Shown here piece after piece: positions 1 to 12,622 of a stretch of 60,000 nt of DNA. The first letter of the stretch is position 1; each line of letters starts with the position of its first letter. A program made the position numbers and the translations under genes. Location of the stretch: contig NC_058369.1 in assembly GCF_018350175.1 (NCBI RefSeq), positions 10,728,001-10,788,000 on the forward strand. Reading direction: 5' to 3'. A model generated the notes under the pieces. That model did not search any database and had not been told where the DNA came from. It saw nothing but the letters and a program-made list of their open reading frames with translations. The stretch is from Felis catus (lineage: Eukaryota).

Positions 1-14
1 GTGAGCCCTGCCCA

Positions 15-85
15 ATCAGAATCTGCATTTGGGTAAGATAACCAAATAATTCTCATATATACTGAATTTGGAGAAGTGCTGGTCT
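15..85. mobile_element. MER5A-like hAT DNA transposon fragment
   Basis: AATCAGAATCTGCATTT...GAGAAGTGCTG resembles the MER5A end as I recall the consensus. Confidence 0.5.
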
Positions 86-90
86 AGTGT

Positions 91-135
91 AGTGTTGCTC
101 AACCTTCACATTGTTGACATTTGGAGTGGATAATT
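91..135. mobile_element. MER20-like DNA transposon, left part (split by the L1 insertion)
   Basis: AGTGTTGCTCAACC...TTGACATTTGG..GGATAATT continues at ~6550 as CTTTGTG...GACAACCAAA...GAGAA. Confidence 0.65.
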
Positions 136-365
136 TTTTTTTTATATAGGAAATTTATTGTCAAATTGGTTTCCATACAACACCCAGTGCTCATCCCAAA
201 AGGTGCCCTCCTCAATACCCATCACCCACCCTCCCCTCCCTCCCACCCCCCATCAACCCTCAGTTTGTTCCAGTTTTTAACAGTCCTTTATGTTTTGGCT
301 CTCTCCCACTCTAACCTCTTATTTTTTTTTTCCTTCCCTTCCCCCATGGGTTTCTGTTAAGTTTC

Positions 366-3300
366 TTAGGATCCACATAAGAGTGAAACCATATGGTATC
401 TGTCTTTCTCTGTATGGCTTATTTCACAGCATCACACTCTCCAGTTCCATCCACGTTGCTACAAAAGGCCATATTTCATTCTTTCTCATTGCCATGTAGT
501 ATTCCATTGTGTATATAAACCACAATTTCTTTATCCATTCATCAGTTGATGGACATTTAGGCTCTTTCCATAATTTGGCTATTGTTGAGAGTGGTGCTAT
601 AAACATTGGGGTACAAGTGCCCCTATGCATCAGCACTCCTGTATCCCTTGGATAAATTCCTAGCAGCGCTATTGCTGGGTCATAGGGTAGGTCTATTTTT
701 AATTTTCTGAGGAACCTCCACACTGCTTTCCAGAGCGGCTGCACCAATTTGCATTCCCACCAACAGTGCAAGAGGGTTCCCGTTTCTCCACATCCTCTCC
801 AGCATCTATAGTCTCCTGATTTGGTCATTTTGGCCACTCTGACTGGCGTGAGGTGATACCTGAGTGTGGTTTTGATTTGTATTTCGCTGATAAGGAGCGA
901 CGCTGAACATCTTTTCATGTGCCTGTTGGCCATCCGGATGTCTTCTTTAGAGAAGTGTCTTTTCATGTTTTCTGCCCATTTCTTCACTGGGTTATTTGTT
1001 TTCCGGGTGTGGAGTTTGGTGAGCTCTTTATAGATTTTGGATACTAGCCCTTTGTCTGATATGTCATTTGCAAATATCTTTTCCCATTCCGTTGGTTGCC
1101 TTTTAGTTTTGTTGGTTGTTTCCTTTGCTGTGCAGAAGCTTTTTATCTTCATAAGGTCCCAGTAATTCACTTTTGCTTTTAATTCCCTTGCCTTTGGAGA
1201 TGTGTCAAGTAAGAGATTGCTACGGCTGAGGTCAGAGAGGTCTTTTCCTGCTTTCTCCTCTAAGGTTTGATGGTTTCCTGTCTCACATTCAGGTCTTTTA
1301 TCCATTTTGAGTTTATTTTTGTGAATGGTGTGAGAAAGTGGTCTAGTTTCAACCTCCTGCATGTTGCTGTCCTGTTCTCCCAGCACCATTTGTTAAAGAG
1401 ATTGTCTTTTTTTCCATTGGATGTTCTTTCCTGCTTTGTCAAAGATTAGTTGGCCATATGTTTGTGGGTCTAGCTCTGGGGTTTCTATTCTATTCCATTG
1501 GTCTATGTGTCTGTTTTTGTGCCAATACCATGCTGTCTTGATGATGATAGCTTTGTAGTAGAGGCTAAAGTCTGGGATTGTGATGCCTCCTGCTTTGGTC
1601 TTCTTCTTCAAAATTCCTTTGGCTATTCGGGGCCTTTTGTGGTTCCATATGAATTTTAGGATTGCTTGTTCTAGTTTCGAGAAGAATGCTGGTGCAATTT
1701 TGATTGGGATTGCATTGAATGTGTAGATAGCTTTGGGTAGTATTGACATTTTGACAATATTTATTCTTCCAATCCATGAGCAGGAATGTCTTTCCATTTC
1801 TTTATATCTTCTTCAATTACCTTCATAAGCTTTCTATAGTTTTCAGCATACAGATCTTTTACATCTTTGGTTAGATTTATTCCTAGGTATTTTATGCTTC
1901 TTGGTGCAACTGTGAATGGGATCAGTTGCTTTATTTGTCTTTCTGTTGCTTCATTGTTAGTGTATAAGAATGCAACTGATTTCTGTACATTGATTTTGTA
2001 TCCTGCAACTTTGCTGAATTCATGTATCAGTTCTAGCAGACTTTTGGTGGAGTCTATCGGATTTTCCATGTATAATATCATGTCATCTGCAAAAAGCGAA
2101 AGCTTGACTTCATCTTTGCCAATTTTGATGGCTTTGATTTCCTCTTGTCTGATTGCTGATGCTAGAACTTCCAGCACTATGTTAAACAACAGCGGTGAGT
2201 GTGGGCATCCTTGTCGTGTTCCTGATCTCAGGGAAAAAGCTCTTAGTTTTCCCCGTTGAGGATGATGTTAGCTGTGGGCTTTTCATCAATGGCTTTTATG
2301 ATGTTTAAGTATGTTCCTTCTATCCCGACTTTCTCAAGGGTTTTTATTAAGAAAGGGTGCTGGATTTTGTCAAAGGCCTTTTCTGCATCGATTGACAGGA
2401 TCATATGGTTCTTCTCTTTTTTTTTTGTTAATGTGATGTATCACGTTGATTGATTTGCGAATGTTGAACCAGCCCTGCATCCCAGGAATGAATCCCACTT
2501 GATCATGGTGAATAATTCTTTTTATGTGCCGTTGAATTCGATTTGCTAGTATCTTATTGAGAATTTTTGCATCCATATTCATCAGGGATATTGGCCTGTA
2601 GTTCTCTTTTTTTACTGGGTGTCTGTCTGGTTTAGGAATCAAAGTAATACTGGCTTCATAGAATGAGTCTGGAAGTTTTCCTTCCCTTTCTGTTTCTTGG
2701 AATAGCTTGAGAAGGATAGGTATTATCTCTGCTTTAAACGTCTGGTAGAACTCCCCTGGGAAGCCATCTGGTCCTGGACTCTTAGTTGTTGGGAGATTTT
2801 TGATAACCGATTCAATTTCTTCGCTGGTTATGGGTCTGTTCAAGCTTTCTCTTTCCTCCTGATTGAGTTTTGGAAGCGTGTGGGTGTTTAGGAATTTGTC
2901 CATTTCTTCCAGGTTGTCCAATTTGTTGGCATATAGTTTTTCATAGTATTCCCTGATAATTGTTTGTATCTCTGAGGGATTGGTTGTAATAATTCCATTT
3001 TCATTCATGATTTTCTCTATTTGGGTCATCTCCCTTTTCTTTTTGAGAAGCCTGGCTAGAGGTTTGTCAATTTTGTTTATTTTTTCAAAAAACCAACTCT
3101 TGGTTTCGTTGATATGCTCTACAGTTTTTTTAGATTCTATATTGTTTATTTCTGCTCTGATCTTTTTTATTTCTCTTCTTCTGCTGGGTTTAGGCTGCCC
3201 TTGCTGTTCTGCTTCTAGTTCCTTTAGGTGTGCTGTTAGATTTTGTATTTGGGATTTTTCTTGTTTCTTGAGATAGGCCTGGATTGCAATGTATTTTTCT

Positions 3301-4184
3301 CTCAGGACTGCCTTCGCTGCGTCCCAAAGCGTTTGGATTGTTGTATTTTCATTTTCGTTTATTTCCATATATTTTTAAATTTCTTCTCTAATTGCCTGGT
3401 TGACCCACTCATTCGTTAGTAGGGTGTTCTTTAACCTCCATGCTTTTGGAGGTTTTCCAGACTTTTTCCTGTGGTTGATTTCAAGCTTCATAGCATTGTG
3501 GTCTGAAAGTATGCACGGTATAATTTCAATTCTTGTAAACTTATGAAGGGCTGTTTTGTGAGCCAGTATATGATCTATCTTGGAGAATGTTCCATGTGCA
3601 CTCGAGAAGAAAGTATATTCTGTTGCTTTAGGATGCAGAGTTCTAAATATACCTGTCAAGTCCATCTGATCCAATGTATCATTCAAGGCCCTTGTTTCTT
3701 TATTGACCATGTGTCTAGATGATCTATCCATTTCTGTAAGTGGGATGTTAAAGTCCCCTGCAATTACCACATTCTTATCAATAAGGTTGCTTATGTTTGT
3801 GAGTAATTGTTTTATATATTTGGGGGCTCCGGTATTCGGTGCATAGACATTTATAATTGTTAGCTCTTCCTGATGGATAGACCCTGTAATTATTATATAA
3901 TGCCCTTCTTCATCTCTTGTTACAGCCTTTAATTTAAAGTCTAGTTTGTCTGATATAAGTATGGCTACTCCAGCTTTCTTTTGGTTTCCAGTAGCATGAT
4001 AAATAGTTCTCCATCCCCTCACTCTCAATCTAAAGGTGTCCTCAGATCTAAAATGAGTCTCTTGTAGACAGCAAATAGATGGGTCTTGTTTTTTTATCCA
4101 TTCTGATACCCTATGTCTTTTGGTTGGCGCATTTAATCCATTTACATTCAGTGTTATTATAGAAAGATATGGGTTTAGAGTCAT
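366..4184 (-). pseudogene. L1 ORF2 (endonuclease, reverse transcriptase, C-terminal Cys-rich domain), multiple frameshifts
   Basis: Fragments [58 protein letters not shown] lie in different frames. Confidence 0.95.
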
Positions 4185-4234
4185 TGTGATGTCTGTATGT
4201 TTTATGCTTGTAGTGATGTCCCTGGGACTTTGTC

Positions 4235-5128
4235 TCACAGGGTCCCCCGTAGGATCTCTTGTAGGGCTGGTTTAGTGGTGACAAATTCCTTCAGTTTTTG
4301 TTTGTTTGGGAAGACCTTTGTCTCTCCTTCTATTCTAAATGACAGACTTGCTGGATAAAGGATTCTCGGCGGCATATTTTTTCTGTTTAGCACACTGAAG
4401 ATCTCGTGCCATTCCTTTCTGGCCTGCCAAGTTTCAAAAGAGAGATCAGTCACGAGTCTTATAGGTCTCCCTTTATATGTGAGGGCACGTTTATCCCTTG
4501 CTGCTTTCAGAATTTTCTCTTTATCCTTGTATTTTGCCAGTTTCACTATGATATGTCGTGCAGAAGATAGATTCAAGTTACGTCTGAAGGGAGTTCTCTG
4601 TGCCTCTTGGATTTCAATGCCTTTTTCCTTCCCCAGTTCAGGGAAGTTCTCAGCTGTAATTTCTTCAAGTACCCCTTCAGCACCTTTCCCTCTCTCTTCC
4701 TCCTCTGGGATACCAATTATGCGTATATTATTTCTTTTTAGTGTATCACTTAGTTCTCTAATTTTCCCCTCATACTCCTGGATTTTTTTATCTCTCTTTC
4801 TCTCAGCTTCCTCTTTTTCCATAACTTTATCTTCTAGTTCGCCTATTCTCTCCTCTGCCTCTTCAATCCGAGCCGTCGTCGTTTCCATTGTGTTTTGCAT
4901 TTCGTTTAAAGCATTTTTTAGCTCCTCGTGACTGTTCCTTAGTCCCTTGATCTCTGTAGCAAGAGATTCTCTGCTGTCCTCTATACTGTTTTCAAGCCCA
5001 GCGATTAATTTTATGACTATTATTCTAAATTCACTTTCTGTTATATTATTTAAATCCTTTTTGATCAGTTCATTAGCTGTTGTTATTTCCTGGAGATTCT
5101 TCTGAGGGGAATTCTTCCGCTTGGTCAT
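4235..5128 (-). CDS. L1 ORF1p (297 aa, open frame)
   Basis: MTKRKNSPQK...coiled coil...KRNNIRIIGIPE...ARHIIVKL...YPASLSF, uninterrupted. Confidence 0.9.
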   Translation of the reverse strand: MTKRKNSPQKNLQEITTANELIKKDLNNITESEFRIIVIKLIAGLENSIEDSRESLATEIKGLRNSHEELKNALNEMQNTMETTTARIEEAEERIGELEDKVMEKEEAERKRDKKIQEYEGKIRELSDTLKRNNIRIIGIPEEEERGKGAEGVLEEITAENFPELGKEKGIEIQEAQRTPFRRNLNLSSARHIIVKLAKYKDKEKILKAARDKRALTYKGRPIRLVTDLSFETWQARKEWHEIFSVLNRKNMPPRILYPASLSFRIEGETKVFPNKQKLKEFVTTKPALQEILRGTL

Positions 5129-5762
5129 TTTGGATAGTCCCTGGCATGATGAGGACCTGCAGGGCACTTCCCCTGTGCTGTGGTGTATAACTGGAGTTGG
5201 TGGGTGGGGCCGCAGTCCGACCTGATGTCTGCCCCCAGCCCACCGCTGGGGCCACAGTCAGACTGGTGTGTGCCTTCTCTTCCCCTCTCCTAGGGGCGGG
5301 ATTCACTGTGGGGTGGCGTGGCCCATCTGGGCTACTTGCACACTGCCAGGCTTGTGGTGCTGGGGATCTGGCGTATTAGCTGGGGTGGGTAGGCAAGGTG
5401 CACGGGGGCAGGAGGGGCAGGCTTAGCTCGCTTCTCCTTAGGTGATCCACTTCAGGAGGGGCCCAGTGGCAGCGGGAGGGAGTCAGATCCGCTGCGGGAG
5501 GTTTGGCTCTGCAGAAGCGCAGAGTTGGGTGTTTGCGCGGAGCGAGCAAGTTCCCTGGCAGGAACTGGTTCCCTTTGGGATTTTGGCTGGGGGATGGGCG
5601 GGGGAGATGGCGCTGGCGAGCGCCTTTGTTCCCCACCAAACTGAGCTCTGTCGTCCGGGGGCTCAGCAGCTCTCCCTCCCTTTGTCCTCCAGCCTTCCCG
5701 CTTTACAAGCAGAGCTGTTAACTTATGACCTCCCAGACGCTAAGTCGTGCTTGCTGTCGGAA

Positions 5763-6234
5763 TGTTGCATCCACACGACTCCTGAAACAGAATGCTATGG
5801 GCACCAGTGACAGTCACAACAAAGTTTATTACAATGAGAGGCAAGGCCGACCTATCGGGACCAACACTCTTGATAAGAGTGCGGCCCCGAACAGCTGGGG
5901 TACAGAGTTTTTATAACCGATCACATCGTTTTATCATCACCTGGGAACAGAACAAAGAAACAGGTTCCAGATGAGTTAGAAACAGTTGCCTAATGAGGTG
6001 TTTACTTTAGACTTTCTGCCTCTAAGTTGCAACCAGTGGATCTCCTTGACCCTGCCTCTGATGCTCTTTTCTTTGAACTTTTGTTTCCTTAATTGGTGAA
6101 GCCTAATTTACAAGGGTATGAGGCGTAGTTTACAAGAGCAAAGCAAGGCTGTTATCTCTTATCCTTCAGTGTCAACACAAAGCTGTTAGTTTTCAAGCTA
6201 AGCATTAGCCCTACACTACAATTTAATCCTTACA
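5763..6234 (-). mobile_element. ERV1/gammaretrovirus-type solo LTR (472 bp) inserted in the L1 5'UTR
   Basis: TG...CA termini; 4-bp TSD GGAA (5759-5762 and 6235-6238); minus-strand TATAAAAA (5908-5915) and AATAAA (5825-5830); AT-richer than the flanking UTR. Confidence 0.9.
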
Positions 6235-6549
6235 GGAACACACTCCGTCCGTCAGGCCCCTCCGCTTTTGCCAGCCAGACTCGGGGGCTCTGCTTGGCCA
6301 GCGAGCCACCCCTCCACCCCGGCTCCCTCCCGCCAGTCCATGGAGCGCGCACCGCCTCGCAGCCCTTCCTACCCTCTTCCGTGGGCCTCTCGTCTGCGTT
6401 TGGCTCCAGAGACTCCGTTCTGCTAATCCTCTGGTGGTTTTCTGGGTTATTTAGGCAGGTGTAGGTGGAATCTAAGTGATCAGCAGGACGCGCGGTGAGC
6501 CCAGCGGCCTCCTACGCCGCCATCTTCTTCCCCTCTGTAGTGGATAATT

Positions 6550-6715
6550 CTTTGTGATGAACGTGTCCTGGGAACAGTAGATGCTGTGCATCATTCCTGG
6601 CCTGAACTGTCTAGGGGGGGCTGTTGCACCTGCCCAGTTCTGACAACCAAACATTTCACTAGATCCTTCCAAGTGTTCCCAAGAGGCAAAATCTTCTCTA
6701 GATGAGAATGATTAG
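6550..6715. mobile_element. MER20-like DNA transposon, right part
   Basis: Continuation of 91-135 after the L1 TSD. Confidence 0.65.
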
Positions 6716-6959
6716 GTTAGAGAAAGAGGCCTGTAAACACGTTGAAGGAGTTCCAATCAAAGCCCATCCCTTATTCAGTTCACAACATTGGGCAGACCAC
6801 TCAACCATTCTGAACCCCATTCTGCAAATCTGGAATGAGACTCATGAGAGTATTGACCTCGGCAAATGGGCTTGTATAAAAAATTAAAGTCAACTGGTAG
6901 AAGGTGTTATAAATATCAAGGCAATGTGCATAAGAGTTCCAAATATATATTTTTTTAGT

Positions 6960-7310
6960 TAAAGATTTTTTTATTGTGCTAATAATACATGTCCCATATG
7001 ATTTGCCATTTTAACCACTTAGTTATTCACTCTCTATATTTTTCTTATTTCATTTTTAATTCCAGTATAGTTAATGTACAGTGTTATAATAGATTCACGT
7101 GTACAATACAGTGATTCAACAATTCCGTACATCACCCAGTGCTCATCATGACAAGTGCCCTCCTCAATCCCTGTCACCTATTTCACCCCCATCTTACCCA
7201 TTTCTAAGTGCACAGGTCAGCGGCATTAAATACACTCATATTGTTGGGCAGCCATCGCCACAGTCCATCTCCAGAATTCCTTTCCTCTTATGAAACTGAA
7301 GCTCTATACT
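6960..7310 (-). mobile_element. Old L1 3'-end fragments
   Basis: ACAGTGATTCAACAATT...CACCCAGTGCTCATCA motifs typical of L1 3'UTRs. Confidence 0.6.
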
Positions 7311-7339
7311 TAAATATATACCTTTTAGTTACCAAAATA

Positions 7340-8030
7340 TATTATAAATTAAATTGACTCAATGACAGCTCTTATTTTATGTCAAAGCATTGAACACTTA
7401 ACTGTTTGGCAAAAGTGTTGCGAGAGCCAAGGACTGTAGTACTCGTGGTTTTATGTCAAAGGAACACAGTTCTTCACATTGTTGAAGGCGGGAATAGTAA
7501 TCCTCTGGGGGTATCAGTGCTGTGTCCTATCACGAATCATTATTTGGGAGACCCAAGGAACCTAGTAGGAAAACTGTTCATTCTTGGATTTGGAGAAAAC
7601 TTGAACTCAGGGTTGGGCTAAGGTGCCAGGAGGTGCTAGGGAGACAGGTGAGTTCAGGGAAGAGTAATAACCAGATTCACCTGACTTGTAACCTGGTCTC
7701 TTGGGAACAGGGAAGCTACAGGAAAAAATTTTATCTGTGCAGAACAATGTCCCATAGGGGATGGTGTGCTCAGGGGTGGGAGCGACAAGGGGGAAATATG
7801 CCTAAGGAACAGATAAGGAGCTGTAAATATCTCTTCCATTGTTGTCCCTCAGTGTGTGCAACCTTGGGCTGAATGGGACACGTTTATTTCTTTTGGAGTC
7901 CTAGGTCTGGCTAGCAGACTCCCGCTGTATTGTTTGAGAACAGAGCTTCAGTCTCCATCATTAATTATAGAGGGAGGGATTCGGACTTCCACACAGAGAT
8001 GTTGATCCCAGAGACCCCCTGCAGGTGAGT
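7340..8030 (+). promoter_or_regulatory. Putative OR promoter and non-coding exon 1, copy A (upstream of OR-1)
   Basis: Paralogous to copies at ~39.0, 46.5 and 57.9 kb; O/E-like TCTCTTGGGA (7697-7706); GCTGTAAATATC; donor CAG|GTGAGT at 8025. Confidence 0.65.
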
Positions 8031-9164
8031 CCGAAAACACAGTAGGTTCTGCAGGGCAGGGCCAGAGAGAATAGAATGGTGAGAACATTTACATGAAGCC
8101 ACATAAAAGTCAAGACAACCTAGCTCAGCACTGGAACAACACTGTGGTTGTTGGCTTGCTTGATTAACTAGTTAATATATTTATTTAAAATCTTAGAAAG
8201 GAAAGTAAACATTGAAATCAGCAATGCAGGGGAGATTGTTGAGAATTAATTGGTGGTAATGAAAGAATGTAATGGGTGGCACAACATGGTCCCAGTAGAA
8301 GTAGAAAACAAGTCCAAGAATATTAGCAATTAAGAGGAATAGAGAAGTAGGGTATTAGCTCTGAGGGATATGCAGTCAAGTGAGGGTGTTCCTTTTAATA
8401 TTTTTAAGCAAGAGAAAATTTGAGTATGTTTCCATATAGTGAGAAAGATTTGGACCTATGGATCATGAGACAAACATTTCAGTGTCCTTTTTCTTGCTGG
8501 GTATTCCAACCAATTAAAAACAATTAATAGGTGAAAAGGGATATACTAAAAAGCTTTGCATGGCAGTTATTTCTTTACTGGTCGGGATGAGTATATTTCT
8601 GTGTTTCTTAGACATTGAATTTCTCTGTTGCAAATTGTCTGTGCCAGTTCTGTGTTTTGTTCAGTAGGTTTGGAATGTTTCTATTCCTGTTTCTGATTGC
8701 ATTTTTTCAAACATAAGAACTAGAGTTTTCCACCAACTTTGCTGTTTGCTATTCAGTTCTTTTATTTACGTACAGATGTATTAGAAGGTAGTAGGAAAGT
8801 TAATACATTTTGTGTGCTCAAACCTATCATTTGGTCATATTTTCCTCCCCCTTCTTGTTTTTTTAAGTGTAAAAGTTTTTCTGCATTGTTTGAATTAATG
8901 TCACCTTTTATACATATTTTTAACCTGTCTTCACTTTTCTGTTATTCCTTGTTGTACCTTTTGGCCTTTTGTGATTCGATGTATTTCTCAAAGTCACATC
9001 ACCTTCAGCCATGGGTTGGAAGGGAATTCTTCTTCGTCATTTGACTAATGTTCACCTTTTCTTCCTAAAAAATATGGATTAGTGTATACATATATATATA
9101 CATATATATGCACATATATATGTATATATATACATACACACACTCACACACACACACACACACC

Positions 9165-9669
9165 ATGTTCTTTATCTACTCATTGGTTGAAGAATATTTG
9201 GGCTCTTTCCTATAATTTGGCTATTTTGATAATGCTGCTATAAATATTGGGATCCATGTGCCCCTTCGAATCTGTATTTTTTTTTTGGTATCCTTTGGGT
9301 AAATACCTAGTACTACAAATGCTGGATCATAAGGTCGTTTTACCTTTAACACTGTTTCCCTGAGTGGCTGCACCAGTTTGCATTCCCACCATCAGTGTGA
9401 GAAGGTTCCCCTTTCTCTGCATCCTCACCATCATTGTTGTTATCTGAGTTGTTACTTTTAGCCATTCTGATAGTTGTGAGCTCGTATTTCATTATGGCTT
9501 TGATTTCATTATGGCTTTGCATTTCCCTGATGATGAGTGATACTGAATGTTTTTCCATGTGTCTGTTAGCCATCTGGATGTGTTCTTTGGAGAAGTGTCT
9601 GTTCATGTCTTCTGCTCATTTCTTAACTGGATTATTTATTTTTTGGTTGTTGAGTTTGATAAATTCTTT
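9165..9669 (-). mobile_element. Older carnivore L1 ORF2 3' fragment (host element; resumes at 12397-12566)
   Basis: [16 protein letters not shown] translation; sequence continues after the TSD at 12395-12408. Confidence 0.8.
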
Positions 9670-12396
9670 TTGTGTTTGTTTTTTTTTATTTTTTGTTTTT
9701 CTCAATATATGAAATTTATTGCCAAATTGGTTTCCATACAACACCCAGTGCTCATCCCAACAGGTGCCCTCCTCAATACCCATCACCCACCCTCCCCTCC
9801 CTCCCACCCCCCATCAACCCTCAGTTTGTTCCCAGTTTTTAAGAGTCTCTTATGCTTTGGCTCTCTCCCACTCTAACCTCTTTTTTTTTCTTCCCCTCCC
9901 CCATGGGTTTCTGTTAACTTTCTCAGGATCCACATAAGAGTGAAAGCATATGGTATCTGTCTTTCTCTGTATGGCTTATTTCACTTAGCATAACACTCTC
10001 CAGTTCCTTCCACGTTGCTACAAAGGGCCAGATTTCATTCTTTCTCATTGCCACGTAGTACTCCATTGTGTATATAAACCACAATTTCTTTATCCATTCA
10101 TCAGTTGATGGACATTTAGGCTCTTTCCATCATTTGGCTATTGCTGAGAGTGCTGCTATAAACATTGGGGTACAAGTGCCCCTATGCATCAGCACTCCTG
10201 TATCCCTTGGGTAAATTCCTAGCAGTGCTATTGCTGGGTCATAGGGTAGGTCTATTTTTAATTTTTTGAGGAACCTCCACACTGTTTTCCAGAGTGGCTG
10301 CACCAGTTTGCATTCCCACCAACAGTGCAAGAGGGTTCCCGTTTCTCCACATCCTCTCCAGCATCTATAGTCTCCTGATTTGTTCATTTTGGCGACTCTG
10401 ACTGGCGTGAGGTGATATCTGAGTGTGGTTTTGATTTGTATTTCCCTGACGAGGAGCGACGTTGAGCATCTTTTCACGTGCCTGTTGGCCATCTGGATAT
10501 CTTCTTTAGAGAAGTGTCTATTCATGTTTTCTGCCCACTTCTTCACTGGATTATTTGTTTTTCAGGTGTGGAGTTTGGTGAGCTCTTTATAGATTTTGAA
10601 TACTAGCCCTTTGTCCGATATGTCATTTGCAAATATCTTTTCCCATTCCGTTGGTTGCCTTTTAGTTTTGTTGGTTGTTTCCTTTGCTGTGCAGAAGCTT
10701 TTTATCTTCATAAGGTCCCAGTAGTTCATTTTTGCTTTTAATTCCCTTGCCTTTGGAGATGTGTCAAGTAAGAAATTGCTACGGCTGAGGTCAGAGAGGT
10801 CTTTTCCTGCTTTCTCCTCTAGGGTTTTGATGGTTCCTGTCTCACATTCAGGTCCTTCGTCCATTTTGAGTTTATTTTTGTGAATGGTGTGAGAAAGTGG
10901 TCTAGTTCATTCTTCTGCATGTTGCTGTCCTGTTCTCCCAGCACCATTTGTTAAAGAGATTGTCTTTTTTCCATTGGATGTTCTTTCCTGCTTTTTCAAA
11001 GATTAGTTGGCCATACGTTTGTGGGTCTAGTTCTGGGGTTTCTATTCTATTCCATTGGTCTATGTGTCTGTTTTTGTGCCAATACCATGCTGTCTTGATG
11101 ATTACAGCTTTGTAGTAGAGGCTAAAGTCTGGGATTGTGATGCCTCCTGCTTTGGTCTTCTTCTTCAAAATTCCTTTGGCTATTCGGGGCCTTTTGTGGT
11201 TCCATATGAATTTTAGGATTGCTTGTTCTAGTTTCGAGAAGAATGCTGGTGCGATTTTGATTGGGATTGCATTGAATGTGTAGATAGCTTTGGGTAGTAT
11301 TGACATTTTGACAATATTTATTCTTCCAATCCATGAGCACGGAATGTTTTTCCATTTCTTTATATCTTCTTCAATTTCCTTCATAAGCTTTCTGCAGTTT
11401 TCAGCATACAGATCTTTCACATTTTTGGTTAGATTTATCCCTAGGTATTTTATGCTTCTTGGTGCAATTGTGAATGGGATCAGTTTCTTTATTTGTCTTT
11501 CTGTTGCTTCATTATTAGTGTATAAGAATGCAACTGATTTCTGTACATTGATTTTGTATCCTGCAACTTTGCTAAATTCGTGTATCAGTTCTAGCAGACT
11601 TTTGGTGGAGTCTATCGGATTTTCCATGTATAATATCATGTAATCTGCAAAAAGTGAAAGCTTGACTTCATCTTTGCCAATTTTGATGCCTTTGATTTCC
11701 TTTTGTTGTCTGATTGCTAATGCTAGCATTTCCAACACTATGTTAAACAACAGCAGTGAGAGTGGACATCCCTGTCATGTTCCTGATCTCAGGGAAAAAG
11801 CTCTCAGTTTTTCCCCATTGAGGATGATGTTAGCTGTGGGCTTTTCATAAATGGCTTTTATGATGTTTAAGTATGTTCCTTCTATCCCGACTTTCTTGAG
11901 GGTTGTTATTAAGAAAGAATGCTGAATTTTGTCAAAGGCCTTTTCTGCATTCATCAACAGGATCATATGGTTCTTTTCTTTTATTAATGTGATGTGTCAC
12001 ATTGATTGATTTGCGAATGTTGAACCAGCCATGCATCCCCAGAATGAATCCCACTTGATCATGGTGAATAATTCTTTTCATACGCTGTTGAATTCGATTT
12101 GCTAGTATCTTATTGAGAATTTTTGCATCCATATTCATCAGGGATATTGGCCTGTAGTTCTCTTTTTTTACTGGGTCTCTGTCTGGTTTAGGAATCAAAG
12201 TAATACTGGCTTCATAGAATGAGTCTGGAAGTTTTCCTTCCCTTTCTATTTTTTGTAATAGCTTGAGAAGGATAGGTATTATCTCTGCTTTAAGCATCTG
12301 GTAGAACTCCCCTGGGAAGCCATCTGGTCCTGGACTCTTATTTGTTGGGAGATTTTTGATGACTGATTCAATTTCTTTGCTGGTTATGGGTCTGTT
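9670..12396 (-). mobile_element. 5'-truncated young L1 (~2.7 kb) containing the left arm of the palindrome
   Basis: ORF2 3' half, 3'UTR and T-rich tail; TSD TTGATAAATTCTTT at 9656-9669 and 12395-12408. Confidence 0.93.
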
Positions 12397-12622
12397 GATA
12401 AATTCTTTATATATTTTGGATACTAGTCCTTTATCCAATATGTCATTTGCAAATATCTTCTCCCATTCTGTCAGTTGCCTTTTAGTTTTGTTGGTTGTGT
12501 CTTTCACTATGCAGAAGATTTTATCTTGATGAAGTCCCAATAGTTCATTTTTTCTTTTGTTTCCCTCAGAAACCCCTAGTTCTAGTCTTTAGCACTTTAT
12601 TCTTGAATTAGTGGTCCACAAA

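Larger units (their letters stand above)
136..6535 (-). mobile_element. Full-length LINE-1 (L1_Fc-like) with 5'UTR, ORF1, disrupted ORF2 and 3'UTR/poly(A)
   Basis: ORF1 and ORF2 translations; GC-rich 5'UTR starting GAGGGGAAGAAGATGGCGGCG on the minus strand; TSD TGGAGTGGATAATT (122-135) / TGTAGTGGATAATT (6536-6549). Confidence 0.97.

Noticed and set aside
1867..4931. Plus-strand ORFs (130, 98 and 150 aa)
   Set aside because: Antisense frames of L1 ORF2/ORF1 that recur in other L1 copies
11932..12540. 202-aa ORF with rearranged L1 ORF2 domains
   Set aside because: Chance in-frame read-through from the old host L1 across the TSD into the nested younger L1
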